This document shows, piece by piece, positions 10,928 through 23,000 of a DNA stretch of 64,000 nucleotides. The position numbers and the translations under genes were made by a program. The notes under the pieces are model-generated. The model worked only from the letters and a program-made list of their open reading frames with translations, did no database searches and had not been told where the DNA came from. Location: assembly GCA_965112155.1 (NCBI GenBank), contig OZ218099.1. One strand, 5' to 3'. Numbering within the stretch: the first letter of the stretch is position 1; each line of letters starts with the position of its first letter. The stretch comes from Podarcis liolepis. Taxonomy: Eukaryota.

Positions 10928-13900
10928 TAAGAGGCACAAGGAGTAAGCTTCAAGAAGGATTTTTTGTGATCCCCTATCTTTGTGACTTTGGGGAAAACTT
11001 TGTCCTTTCTTATTGCAATTGATAATTGCATTCTCTATTTCCTTCCATCGAGTGTCTGTCTTACAGCTCTGTGCTCTCTCTGTGTATTTTTGTAGGGGCG
11101 TGGAGGTAAGAATGCATTTATTTTTTTATCTATACATTTATATCATATTAGTTCCTTTTCATTCGAGACACTGCCTGCTCAGCATAAAACCTCAACAAAA
11201 TGTCTAAAAAAGGTCAATGATACAGAATACTACATAGATCTTTGCATCCAAATATCAGACATACACATGTATTCCCTTGTGACTTTGGCTCTAGGCAATA
11301 CGAGAGGTCCTATAGTGTTTCTGTGGATCCATAGAATTGCGTTTGTCCCTGTTTTGCAGGTAGGAGGGTGGGGAAAACACAGGTGGGTAGTGAATCATTT
11401 AGACTTGCTTGGCAAATCAGTGTCAGAACTGGAAGTCGGATCCCATAATTCTAACTTTCTCTGCTTACTCGAACAGCCGCCCTACCTCTTTGCAAATTGT
11501 CACCATTTATTTCTCTCCTCATTTGTGATGGTCTCTCTTTGTTTTCTCTCCCTGTCTTTATAAAAAGAAAAATCTCATTAATGGCCAACCACTCAGCACA
11601 TTAAAGTCCAATTAGGTAAATGGTGAAATGCAATGAACACTTCCACTTCTGTGTGTGAGTTTGCTGGTAGTGGGGAGAAAAAGAACTTGAAGGGTGAATG
11701 AGCGGCTTCCCCCTCCACCAACTGCCTCTCTACAGGAGCAAGGCTCTCCCCACCCAGAGGGGGAAAAATGAAAATTGTTTCTCTTCTGGTGTAGGGCTGA
11801 GTGTGAAGATATTAGTAGAGTGTTCTCTCAGTATGTGGAAATTTTCCTAGTGAAAGGAATTGGTTGCTGCTTTGATCAGCTGTGGGTTCTTTCAGGCTCT
11901 TTCTATTTTGGGTGAGATTTGAGTCACATACTGGTAAATTCGGGTCCCGCATTTAAAGTTGATTTGGAGCTCTTGCATAACAAACACACTTTCCCTAGCA
12001 AACTGAACTTTTTGCGATAAGGAGAGTGACAGGAAAAATGCTCTGGAAAGCATGGGATAGCATTTGCTTGATGCAACTTCATCTAACGCTGCAAACTTTG
12101 TGCAAACAAATCAGAATGAATGCTCAATAAACAGGTCATAAGGAAGTGAGCTCTGTCTTCTTTTTCAGCTACCTACAGCAAAGCAATGTGAGCCAAAATT
12201 CCTTACCTTTAAGTTTGTATGCTAAGTCTGTGAATGGCAAATTATTAATCCTGGGTGGCCCATTCAGTACTTAGCGAAGGCTATTCCCATTAATGTTTCC
12301 ACAAGGGAAGTTGAAAGGCTGGTGTTTATACTAGGCTAGGTGGTCATACTGGGGGTCCAACAGATTCTCCATGCCTTGAGTTCACAAAGATTGCATGGAT
12401 TTCTGATTTTGCTCACCTGTCATAATCTGGATCTAAACATAAAAGCAGAGGTCTTGATTTCAGTGCTAAAACCAGAAGACCAGAGGTTTGGGCTTTGACT
12501 ATAATATCCGGCAGATTTGCTCAGACATTGCAAAAGGTGGATACCCTGGCCTCTGTGCCAGCCACTGTTGTCTTAGATGCTCATCACAATAGTCCCCACT
12601 GCTTGCTCAAGTTCTCTGCAGCTTTCAGGAACTTGAAGCTGGGGTGACTGACTTTTTTTGCTGAGTGTGACAGATCTCTCCCTCCCCTCCCTTCTGCCTT
12701 CTGATTCATACAGAACTGGGTGCAGGGGTGGTGGGTGAAAGGTTCAAACCTCGTATTGCACCAGGCTCTGGTGAAGGAGAGAAGTGATGTTGGTCTTTTT
12801 TACTGTTTTCCCCTTTGCAATGCCTGGCGTGAAGAAACTATGGGATGCCTTAATCTTGCTCATTTCCAAGGGCCTATGTTTGGGCTAGACGGACCAAGAT
12901 CTGTTGCCTTATGAGCTAAATTGAGTTTTTAAAAATCTCAGTGGCACAGGCTAAAGAAGCCAGAGGTTAAACTTTACAGTATGGGCTCTTGTGTAGCCAA
13001 GATTCTCTGCCTCCATGTATGTTGCCCTTCGTGTAAGCTGTGTGCAGCAATGTCTTTTGGGGGCATTTGACACGTCTAACCAAACTGGAAGAAAGAACAA
13101 GTTTCTTCTTTCCCTTTGTGCAATTGAAGAAAAATAACTCTAGTGAACTTCAGTCTTCAGGGTGGAAGCTCAAGCGATGTGCAACCCTCCCACGCCCCGC
13201 CTTCTGCCTGAAGACTGGTTCTGACCTTTAGGAGTGTGTTGGAAATCTAGGATCAGCCTCAAGGCTGTCCAGTGCAAGGAGAATGAGGAAGGTCAGAATA
13301 CTCCCCTGCCTGGGCAAAGAGAAAACCCTGAAGATAAAAAGGCAGCCTTCTGTAGCTTGTCGGTTATGGATGGGTAGGCAGGACATTGCCAGCCTCCTAG
13401 TGGAGCTAAATACTTGGTCAAGCTGGAGAGGTAACAGTATGGTCCCACAAATATTGACGAGAAGCAGAATATCGTTTGTGCTGTTGGGATGTGTAGGCTG
13501 TGCTTTTTAAAAGTATTTTCTTCAAGGGTGGTGAGCTGTCTTTAAAAGTCACAAATACGGGATTACTTGGAATAGCGAGCTCTAGTCATTCACTGAATCC
13601 TGCTTGTGTTGATGATGTGGGTAGAATAAAAATCTTTGGGCCAAAGTCTTAGCAACAGTGCATGAAGGTGTAAGGGGAGATTAGGGTGGAGGCTGAGAAA
13701 GGCTGTAACATCCCTGGGGAGTTGTGGAAGGATAGGGAGCTTGCTCACTGGCTTTGCAGATCTGGTGGTGGTGGTGGGGCCCCCCGGAGTGGAACATGAT
13801 GTAGACACATTTGTTCATAATGCACTGTGAGTGCAGGTTAGCCGGCACATACCAAAGGAATCTCAGGGCACTCAGGAAGGATGCTGTCCCTGAAGCTCCC

Positions 13901-14152
13901 TATAAAACCTCTAATGCTCCTCTGTGGAAAGTTCTACACCCACATACAGTGTCTGAGGTTGCAATCTTGGACACATGAGGCACTGCTGATGCAGTGGAAA
14001 TTACTTCTATGTAGTCATGCATTTGATTGCACTCCACAATGCGTAACTCCTTTTTCTTTTAAAAAAGGAAGTCAGATTCTTTGTTAAGAGCAGATAGGAT
14101 TTTATCATTTATTTTGTCATACTAATGTGTATGCAGAGGTATTCCATTATTC

Positions 14153-14154
<2 letters not shown>

Positions 14155-14196
<42 letters not shown>
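14155..14196. repeat. (TAA)14 microsatellite, probably the tail of the adjacent L2
   Basis: Seen directly. Confidence 0.9.
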
Positions 14197-14198
<2 letters not shown>

Positions 14199-14199
<1 letters not shown>

Positions 14200-14458
14200 A
14201 GTCATACCTCGGGTTGAATGTGCTTCAGGTTGAGCGCTTTCAAGTTGCCCTCCGCGGAAACCCGGAAGTAATGGAGCGTGTTACTTCCTGGTTTCGTTTC
14301 TCGTGCATGCGCAGATGCTCAAAATGATGTCACATGCATGCACGGAAATGGCAAAACGTGACCTGCGCACGCGCAGACGTGCCGTCACATCTTACGTTCT
14401 GTTCAGGTTGCGAACAGCTCTCCAGAATGGATCCCGTTCGTATCCTGAGGTACCACTG
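14199..14458. mobile_element. Tc1/mariner MITE, 260 bp, with non-identical ends
   Basis: TA|cagtcatacctcggg ... cctgaggtaccactg|TA. Confidence 0.85.
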
Positions 14459-14460
14459 TA

Positions 14461-14684
14461 TTATTATTTATACCCTGCCCATCTGGCTGAGTTTCCCCAG
14501 CCACTCTGGGAGGCTCCCAACCGAGTGTTAAAAACAATACAGCATTAAATATTAAAAACTTCCCTAAACAGGGTTGCCTTCAGATGTCTTTTAAAAATAG
14601 AATAGCTGCTTATTTCCTTGACATCTGATGGGAGGGCATTCCACAGGGTGGGCATCACTGCCGAGAAGGCCTTCTGTCTGGTTC
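14461..14684 (-). mobile_element. L2-clade LINE 3' end
   Basis: Minus-strand RTRQKAFSAVMPTLWNALPSDVKEISSYSIFKRHLKATLFREVF (L2 C-terminal motif), plus a 3' UTR ending gggtataaataataa. Confidence 0.85.
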
Positions 14685-15499
14685 TGCTTAATAAAGAGAT
14701 CAGTTCTTTTGCGTTTCTCCATTTCAGTACTATGAACTTAGAAAAACAAATATAGAGGTATATTACTGTATCAGAGATAGTCTTTTTGCCAAATCTCAAT
14801 TGGTGCAATGAAAGACCTGTCTTCAAGAAAACACTGTAATACAGGGATCTTGTTTTAGATAGTACAGATACCCAGAAAGACAAGACATCTGGGCAAGGTT
14901 GAAAAGTGCTAAAATAGGGGTTATAAAGGATCTAATCCCAGTCATTTAAGTTATTTTTTAAAGCCATTTTCAGATCTTCAAAGTTCTCTCTCTCTCATCT
15001 GTCTCTCTTGGAGCTTTTGCCAAAAGGTATAACACTATTATTCCCTTTATACTGTGAGTTCAAGCTTAAGGCTTCTAAGGCTCATGGCCCCATAAAAACA
15101 CAGAAAATGTGGAAAGCCTATATTGTCTTTTTTCTGATAACAATCTTAGCTCTCCTAAGATGTCAAAACAATTCAGCAATTATTTTCTGTAGTGAATGCA
15201 CAAAATGGTCATGGGAACTTAAATGGGAAGAATGTAGAATGATTAGCAAATTCTGTACAATGCTTCTTCCAAGACAGCTGAACATTTCAGAGATCTGAAC
15301 CACCTTCATTCCTGAGATGTTTGTAACTGTGGGGATCTATTGTGCTGTTACGTTCTGAGTGGCTCAGCTGTTTGTCTAACCTTGCTTGCTTTGTGTTTCC
15401 TTCTAGGACTGAGCAGGATGCCGGCACCCACAATGTCCTGAATGTGGAGACTGGTGGAAGAAGAGGAGACATTAGTCCACAGACAGCTCCTTTCCCTTC

Positions 15500-15534
15500 T
15501 CCACTGCCTTCTGTTTTGCTTCATTTTTTTCCAG
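15500..15534 (+). promoter_or_regulatory. Candidate 3' splice site for the first coding exon (implies an upstream non-coding exon)
   Basis: ccttctgttttgcttcatttttttcCAG ends at 15534, 45 nt before the ATG. A second candidate acceptor (tttgtgtttccttcTAG) ends at 15406. Confidence 0.55.
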
Positions 15535-15579
15535 TGGATAGGTTAATGCACAACCATTGCTGGATGTGATTCTTTCGCC

Positions 15580-16758
15580 ATGTGGCTCCTGAGACTAAAG
15601 CACCATTTGTCGGTCAATATCTGGACCTTGCTGCTTCTGGGGAGTGCTTGGCTGCCATTGGAAGAAGGCACTCCCAAGTCCAACTCTCCCTTTAGGACTT
15701 TCCAGGTCACCGACTGGAGTTTGACACACCTGGTGGTCCACAACAAAACTGGGGAGGTGTATGTGGGTGCTGTCAACCGGATCTATAAGCTTGCAGACGA
15801 TCTGACACTGATGCGCACTCATGTCACAGGGCCCGTGGATGACAATGAGAAGTGCTACCCACCGCCTAGTGTGCAGTCTTGTCCACATGGGCTAGTCAGC
15901 ACCAACAATGTCAACAAGTTGCTGCTGGTGGATTATTCTGGGAATCGACTGATAGCCTGTGGCAGTGCTTCTCAGGGCATTTGCCAGTTTCTGCGCTTGG
16001 ACGACCTTTTCAAGTTGGGTGAGCCCCATCATCGCAAGGAGCACTACCTCTCCAGTGTCAATGAGTCAGGAACTATGTCAGGTGTCATCATTGAAGTCCC
16101 GAATGGGCAAAACAAGCTCTTCATAGGAACACCCATTGATGGCAAGTCTGAGTACTTCCCTACCCTGTCCAGCCGTAAACTGATGGCCAGTGAAGAGAAT
16201 GCAGAGATGTTTGGCTTTGTTTATCAGGATGAGTTTGTCTCATCCCAGCTCAAGATTCCATCAGATACACTGTCCAAGTTCCCCACATTTGATATCTACT
16301 ACATCTATAGCTTCAGCAGTGAGCAGTTTGTCTATTACCTGACCTTGCAACTAGACACCCAGCTTACCTCGCCTGACTCCACTGGGGAGCAGTTTTTCAC
16401 CTCCAAGGTCGTTCGGCTGTGTGTAGATGATCCCAAGTTCTACTCATATGTGGAATTCCCCATTGGTTGTATTCGTGATGGCATTGAATATCGCCTGATT
16501 CAGGACGCTTACCTAAGTAAGCCCGGAAAGGCACTGGCCAAGCAGTTGGGCATCTCAGAGCAGGAGGATATCCTCTTCACCATCTTCTCTCAGGGCCAGA
16601 AGAACAGGGTGAAGCCACCAAAGGAATCTGTCCTTTGCCTCTTCACACTGAAGAAGATCAAAGACAAGATCAAGGAGCGCATCCAGTCTTGCTATCGTGG
16701 GGAGGGGAAGCTTTCTCTGCCTTGGCTTTTGAACAAGGAGTTGGGATGCATAAACTCA
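15580..16758 (+). CDS. PLXNA1: Plexin A1, first coding exon (signal peptide + N-terminal part of Sema domain, 393 codons)
   Basis: Translation matches plexin-A1 as I recall it ([103 protein letters not shown]). Kozak context gccATG. Phase-0 donor TCA|GTAAGT at 16758/16759; the ORF-track residues beyond this are intron read-through. Confidence 0.96.
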
Positions 16759-19527
16759 GTAAGTCCTCCTCCTCCTTCTTCTACTTTGTCATTTCTCCTT
16801 TTCCTTTCTGCTCTGATAAATCCAAAGCATCAGCTGAGATACCTGTGCTGTCCTTGAGTGCGCAGCTGTAGATGTTGCTTAAAGATCTGGGATTTGTTTC
16901 AATTAGCATGTGACCATTCTATTCTCAGCTACAGTGTTTTGGTGTTGGGAGTTTTAAGCCCCTGTGCAGATCCTAAGGATATTATGAGGATAATTATTGG
17001 GTGTTGAGAAGTTCCGGCCTCTGGAATGACTTCTCCCAATCTTCAGTTATCCAAATAAAGTTTGTTATGCTGGAGGAATGGGGACTGCATTGATTTTGGA
17101 ATGTGTTTTAGAGATTCTTTGCACAGAAATTCTTGCCAAGACAGTTTTTCGGAAGGATTGAATTGAGAAGAAAGGCAATAAGTAGGAGCACTAACCATCT
17201 AACAGACATGCTGATGTTCCATTTATTCTAACCTGAGTTTACTTTCCACTGTTACCATCATGACAAGTACTGGAATGAATTAGGAAAAAAGCAGATGTCC
17301 ATGTACAGGAGATATGTCCTGCTGGAAATACAGACCCAAGTAACTGTTAGAGATACTGATGTGATGACAATTGCAGATGATTTGAAGTGTTATTCAAGTT
17401 GCAACATGGTGCCCTCTCAGCACCACATAATGATACGGCAGGAATATTAGCCAGCCAGGATGATGTTCCGACTCTACCTGGGACTCCTGTTTTCTTCTTT
17501 TATCCTCCATCTGATTCCAAATCGGGATACTCAAAATCCTTACCTTGGGATCCTCTGATTCTGTAGTTTAGGGAGAGTGTGAGAACAGGACAGCTGTACA
17601 GATAGCAGCTTCGTACTGGCAGTGAGAGGACTCTCCAAATTCATAGGTGTATATGAAACACAACTGGAGTGTCAGGTTTTGAGGCCAATTAGAAGTGAAC
17701 TCTTGCCCTGGGGGATATGGGAGCGAGCCAGAGTTATGAGTCTGGATATGTTCTTTCTCAACAGAGGGAAAGTTGCCTGCCTATCCTGAGGGAAGCATTT
17801 CCCATAGGCTGTTGCTATGGCAAACAGAGGAGCTTTATTGCCCTGTTCCATTGTGTTAAGTCTTTGGCAAGGCAGGGTAAGAAGCCTGCTTTGTTTTATG
17901 AGCCATAGCTGGGTTCCTTTTCAGACAATATCAGATATAACTGGGAGGCTATTTCAGCTACTTGCAGTGAGGATAGGAGAGTAATGTGTAAAAGATCTTT
18001 CAAAATGGGAGTGGAATGGGCAACTTTAAGATTTCTAGGACATATCACAAGTTGTAGAAAATTGGCATAGTTACGTCACTTAAAACTCTCAGCTAAACGC
18101 AAGGAGATATACATAGTGATTGTGGCAGAATCTGAGCTTGGACATCAGATGCCATAGGTCCACTCCCCAGACCCATATAGTCAAGTGTGCTTTGGACTTT
18201 GGGCTGATTCTTAATGGATCCATTTAGCCTACTGACCCTTCTTCTCCAAATTGTAATGGTCTGCTTAAATTAAATTTTGTAAATGAATTCAGCTAAAGAC
18301 CTGGCCCACTCCAAATGCATTTCTAATGGCTTACAAGAAGCACAATGTTGAGTGTGTGTGTGTGTGCGCACACGTAGGTTTGGAGCCTCCCTAAACAATA
18401 GCTGTATGTGTCAATGGTAGTGGACCTCGAGATTTAAAATTTTACTTTAGAAACTTCTTTCTCTGTTCTCCAATCAGCAGGCTCTCATTGTAATTAAATC
18501 AAAACCATACAAAGCCATAAAACATAATACATCAGCAGGGCCGATAAACATATCAGATTTTAGATCTTATGTTCCTATAGGTGCATGTATGGTATTGGGA
18601 ATCATAAATCATTGGATGTGTAATTCCTGTGGCTCATGTATTCCTAGATGCTGCTGCACGTATTTAAAGTCAATAGGAATTACATTTCCCATGATTCCTG
18701 TCAGCCACAGAATTCTGGTTGTGGGGATTACATTGACAGCCAGTGGATGGAGTGGTAGTACACTGGGCTCATACGTGGGTGCCTAGGGCAGAATTGGTAT
18801 GGTATTGTAGGCAGTTGTGATTCTGGTAGCAGCTCTGATAGGAACAGCTGAGATCAGAGATACAAAGCATGAAATAAGAGCTTGTACTGTGCTTCCTTAT
18901 GCCAATGAACCCATGTTCATGAGAAATACACTCCATTGTAAGGCTCAGTGTAGTATACATAGAACCTCGCCCCCTCTGGTCCTCAGAACATAGTTGCGTG
19001 GCAGTGTAGCTGAGAGATAGCATGTGGTCCATGTTCAGCCAGTGAGTTTCATAGCTGAGTGAGGAATTTGAATACACATCTCCATGGCTCTGTTCCACCT
19101 CACAATATGATAAATAATGATTTACAGCTGCTGTGGAGTAATGGAGATAAAGGGAGAGGGGCATTGGAGGTCTGTTTTGGCAAATTAGACTGGAACCATC
19201 CTTGGCCATGGTTTGGACACCTTACTCTTCTTCCCTTCCTCCTTCTCTTTTTAGGACAGATTCCCCAAAGGATGAGTGGAAACCCTCTGGCATGGTGTCA
19301 GGGTCCTGTAGGGCCAGGCCTGAAAGTGGTCAGATGTGAGTCCAAGTCTGGCTGAAATCAAGGTCTGAAGCAACAGTCAGAGATCATAGGGGACAGAATC
19401 AAGTACGCCACCGAGGTTGGGCAGACCATAGCATTCCAAAGGGCAGCTGGAAGTGAGTCTGCTTTGCTTAGATTGTTACTGCAGGCTTGGTTCCTCAGTT
19501 TCTGTAAAGCCACCCAGGCTTTAGGTA

Positions 19528-19718
19528 GGGAAAGGATCGTAGCTCAATGGCTGAGCTCATAGTTTGCATCCAGAAGCTTCTAGTTTCGACTCCAAAGCAT
19601 CTCAAGGTAGAGCTGTGAAAGACTCCGGTCTGAAACCCTGAAGAACCTCTACAAGTCTGTGTAGATGGTCCTGTGCAGTTCAATGTACTGTTTTGGTTTA
19701 GGGCAGCTTCCCATGTTT
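19528..19718 (+). mobile_element. Degenerate tRNA-Ala-like SINE (Squam2/Anolis-SINE2 type)
   Basis: A box gtagctcaatgg, B-box-like gtttcgactcc, body ggtagagctgtgaaagactcc..ctgaaaccctg, tail agggcagcttcccatgtt. Confidence 0.65.
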
Positions 19719-19890
19719 GCCACTATTGGCTCCACAGATCACCTGGTCTGGCTGCACTGATGAGCTGCAGTACCCCTGTTTGGCCATTTATCTGTATGGC
19801 ACTGCAGTACACAGCAAAGATCAGACCAATAACTCTCTTAGCTTGAGAGCTGCCCTTGTTCTAGTGCAGGAAGTAAGTCTCCTGTGCTTC

Positions 19891-20016
19891 GTAGAATCTT
19901 AGAGCTGGAAGGGGCCCCAAGGGTCATCTAGTCCAACCCCCTGAAATGCAGAAATCTCAGCCAAAGCATCCATGACAGATGGCCACCCAACCTCTCTTTA
20001 AAAACCTCCAAGGAAG
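19891..20016 (-). mobile_element. CR1 LINE 3' end
   Basis: tagaatcttagagctggaagggg..ggtcatctagtccaacccc..aacctctctttaaaaacctccaaggaag is the reverse complement of a CR1 tail. Confidence 0.8.
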
Positions 20017-23000
20017 CCTTGCTGCTACAGTTTCTTGTTTGAGCCCCCTGGTGCCTTACGGATGGTAAATAAGAGCTTCGTACATAGGTGTTGAGGGACG
20101 TGTGCAGATGTCAGGAGGGAAAACCTAATGAGTGGTTCCCAAACAGAAACTAACTTCTGATTGTGGTTCCTTTCAGCAGTTGAAGCTGCTGACGGTAATG
20201 CTTTTGCTGCTTTGTAGTCTGTGGAATTTTAAAGCCCTTAAGGATGCTGAAACAAATGCATTTTGGCTCTAAGTACAGATCTTATGATCGGTCTCCTCTG
20301 CTATTTTATTCCCCCCTTTTTTCTTTTTTCTGTGTTATATGTGCTATAATGTAAACTTGCAAGCAGTGTGGCTTCTAAAAATAATTTTCCAAAGTGCCTA
20401 GCTGTTTTAGGTGTGTGTGAATAATAATAGCGAATAATAACAGGGATATGGTTTTAGAGTAAAAGTGGAAGGAGGAGGGGAGAAGTATTCCAGTCTTGGG
20501 GCTGGGGGGTGTTGGAAAGAGAGAAACCCGGCAAAATTATAAGGCTTGGACGTTTTCAAGATTAAGCCTCAGAGAAGCAGCGTATCTTAATAGCATTTGT
20601 TGTGGTTTCCTTGCACCTAGGGATAATTTAATCTGAAATCCAGGGAGTGCGGGAGGGAGGGGGAGCAGGAGCCTTCTTCCCCCACCCTCCCTCTATGGCA
20701 CCTCTGCTGCCACAATCCTAGAAGCTCCCCAGCCTTTGCTGTGGGCTGAGGCATTGCCACTTCTCCTCTCTCTTATGAGTGTTCATGCTTCTGCATTCAG
20801 AGGCAGGTGCATTTCAAGGCACGACTTTCGGAGCTCGGTTCAAGGGCTTGCGGCAGGAACCAGCAGCTTGATGGGGGTCTCTGTCTTGTTTAGATGTCCA
20901 GCAGAAGGAGGAGTGTGAAATTGAGTTACTTTCTCTCTCTTTCTCCGTCCTCTTATAAATTACAGGTGCAGCAGGGGCATGGGGCTGCGTTCTAGGAGCA
21001 GGTAGTTCAGCTGCACCCACCTGGAGTAGTTTGTGCACAGGCATCCATTTGTAATTGTCCCAGGCAGCCCCTCCTTCTCCTTTTCCGAGTTCTGAGGGAA
21101 ACAGCTAACAGCTGCCTGACAAAGTAAAGGGTTTGCTGTCAAGAGTGCTGGGCTCACAAATCTGATTTTGGCTTCAAACTAATTCAATTTTGGTGGAAAA
21201 TGATGAAATCGTTACACTGCTGCCTGCTGGGTCACATAACTGCTGACTCAGGGGAGGGAGGAGGCTTTCTCTGCGCTCTTGTTTCCCCTCCCCTCATTCT
21301 CTCTATCTTTCTTGGCTTGCAGTGTAGGTTTGGGGAGCCAAGTGTAGCTCAGATCAGCTGCCATTCCCCCGAGGTCTGCCCTGAGCAAAGTAAGCGGGAG
21401 GCAGAAACAAAGAATGCAAAACAAGGAATGTGACTGTGAATGTATGAAGGCAAGAGACAGTTAAGGGCATCATGTGAGCAGGAAAGAAGACAGCTGCTTT
21501 TCGCCACTCACATTCTGCTATTGGGGAGATTTCGCTGTTCCAGAAAGTCCTTGACTTTCCCCAAGGGTCGGTGATGTTGCCAGGAATTCCCCCTCTGCAA
21601 AGAGTTCTTGCCAGTCCCTTGGTTCAAACTTTGCTAGAAACAGGAAAGCTTGAAAGACCTTGCTTCTTGACAGATTCTGGTTCCCTGTCTGATTTATGCA
21701 GGAAGTCCTGCTCTTCCTCATTGAATTGCTTGGCCGTGGAAGGGAAGAGGACGCTTCTGAGCATGTGGCTGTAGTCTTGGGACCACCAGAACCAAAGGAA
21801 TCGTCTCCATTCCCCCTACCTTCCAAAAGGCAGAGCAGGTGGAAGTGTTGTTTGATTGGCGATCCTGCACAATCTTGACACAAAACCACTGGTTCACTCC
21901 ATGTTTGGAGATCTCAAACCTTCTCAAAAAGCACACCGTATGCATGCATGCACAGCTTTAGCAAGGGGTGGGGATTATTTGAGAGATTTGGTCCAGAGGC
22001 AAAGAGCTATTCCCAATGCTGCTTGTGCTATTAGTATTTTATAAGCTCTGCAGAGTTGTTGCTTGGGAGGGAAATACTGCTGATCAGTGACTCATTCGTT
22101 GGTGGTTTCCACTGAATTTGACCTGGGCCACTGCCCCAGTCTTCTGCTCATTAGAATTGCATTGTATTACTGGGGTGAGATCAAGGGCAGGACTATCCAG
22201 GCTTTTAAATAGCATATTATATAGTAGATGTCCGCGAAGCTTCTGCAACCACAGCAGTAATGAAGATAGTATTTGGAAGGGTGGGAATCTCATGTTCCCA
22301 TATATAAAATATTGCATTTTTATGTGCTCGGCAAAAATGCAATATCCCTGCAATAAAGAACGTTTCCTCTGCTAAGCAAATGAGAAACAAATATGTCCAT
22401 TTATGCTGCAGAAACTGATTGCATGGAAAGGCCTTTAATCTCATGACAGTCAGAAAAGTGAGGAGCGGGAGAGGGGAGGAAGGACTGAAAATGAACTTCA
22501 TCCACTTGCTTTGAGCCCTGTCATATGGCTTTATAAAGATCCTTTTTCATCAGCTCTACAGGCTTTCCTCCCAAAGGAAGGCTTGTTTTTTATTGATGGC
22601 AATTGATTCAGCATGACTGAGCAAGCAAGGGTGAGAATGTGGGCAAGACAACAGGGCTTTTGGATTCATGGCCTGTTCTGTTGCAAAGAGTTACTCACAT
22701 TCCTGGGGCATGGGCACAGTCTAGTGTCATTTTATGTATCAGAGCTGGTGGTTCACAGAATATTATTTCTTCTCCTTCCCCTTCTTCACACTCCTCAGGC
22801 ACACATTTTACATGGACAAAGCAGTGTGTGAGCTTGGCAGTTGTCGATACAGGCTGCAGCAAATCCCTTGATTGCAGCTAGTGATGTTACCCAGCTTTGC
22901 AATTACCTGCTTTGGAATGTGAATTTCCCCCATAATGCTTGCACTTATTACAACTCGAACACCATTTCCTTGAGAATCTCTTCTCCAGTCCAAAATGTAT

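Noticed and set aside
14127-14327. Poly-Ile ORF (also the YI and YL repeat ORFs at 2580 and 61436)
   Set aside because: Microsatellite translations.
16759-16857. C-terminal 32 aa of the 425-aa ORF as part of canonical PLXNA1
   Set aside because: Lies past the GTAAGT donor; plexin similarity resumes at 34626.
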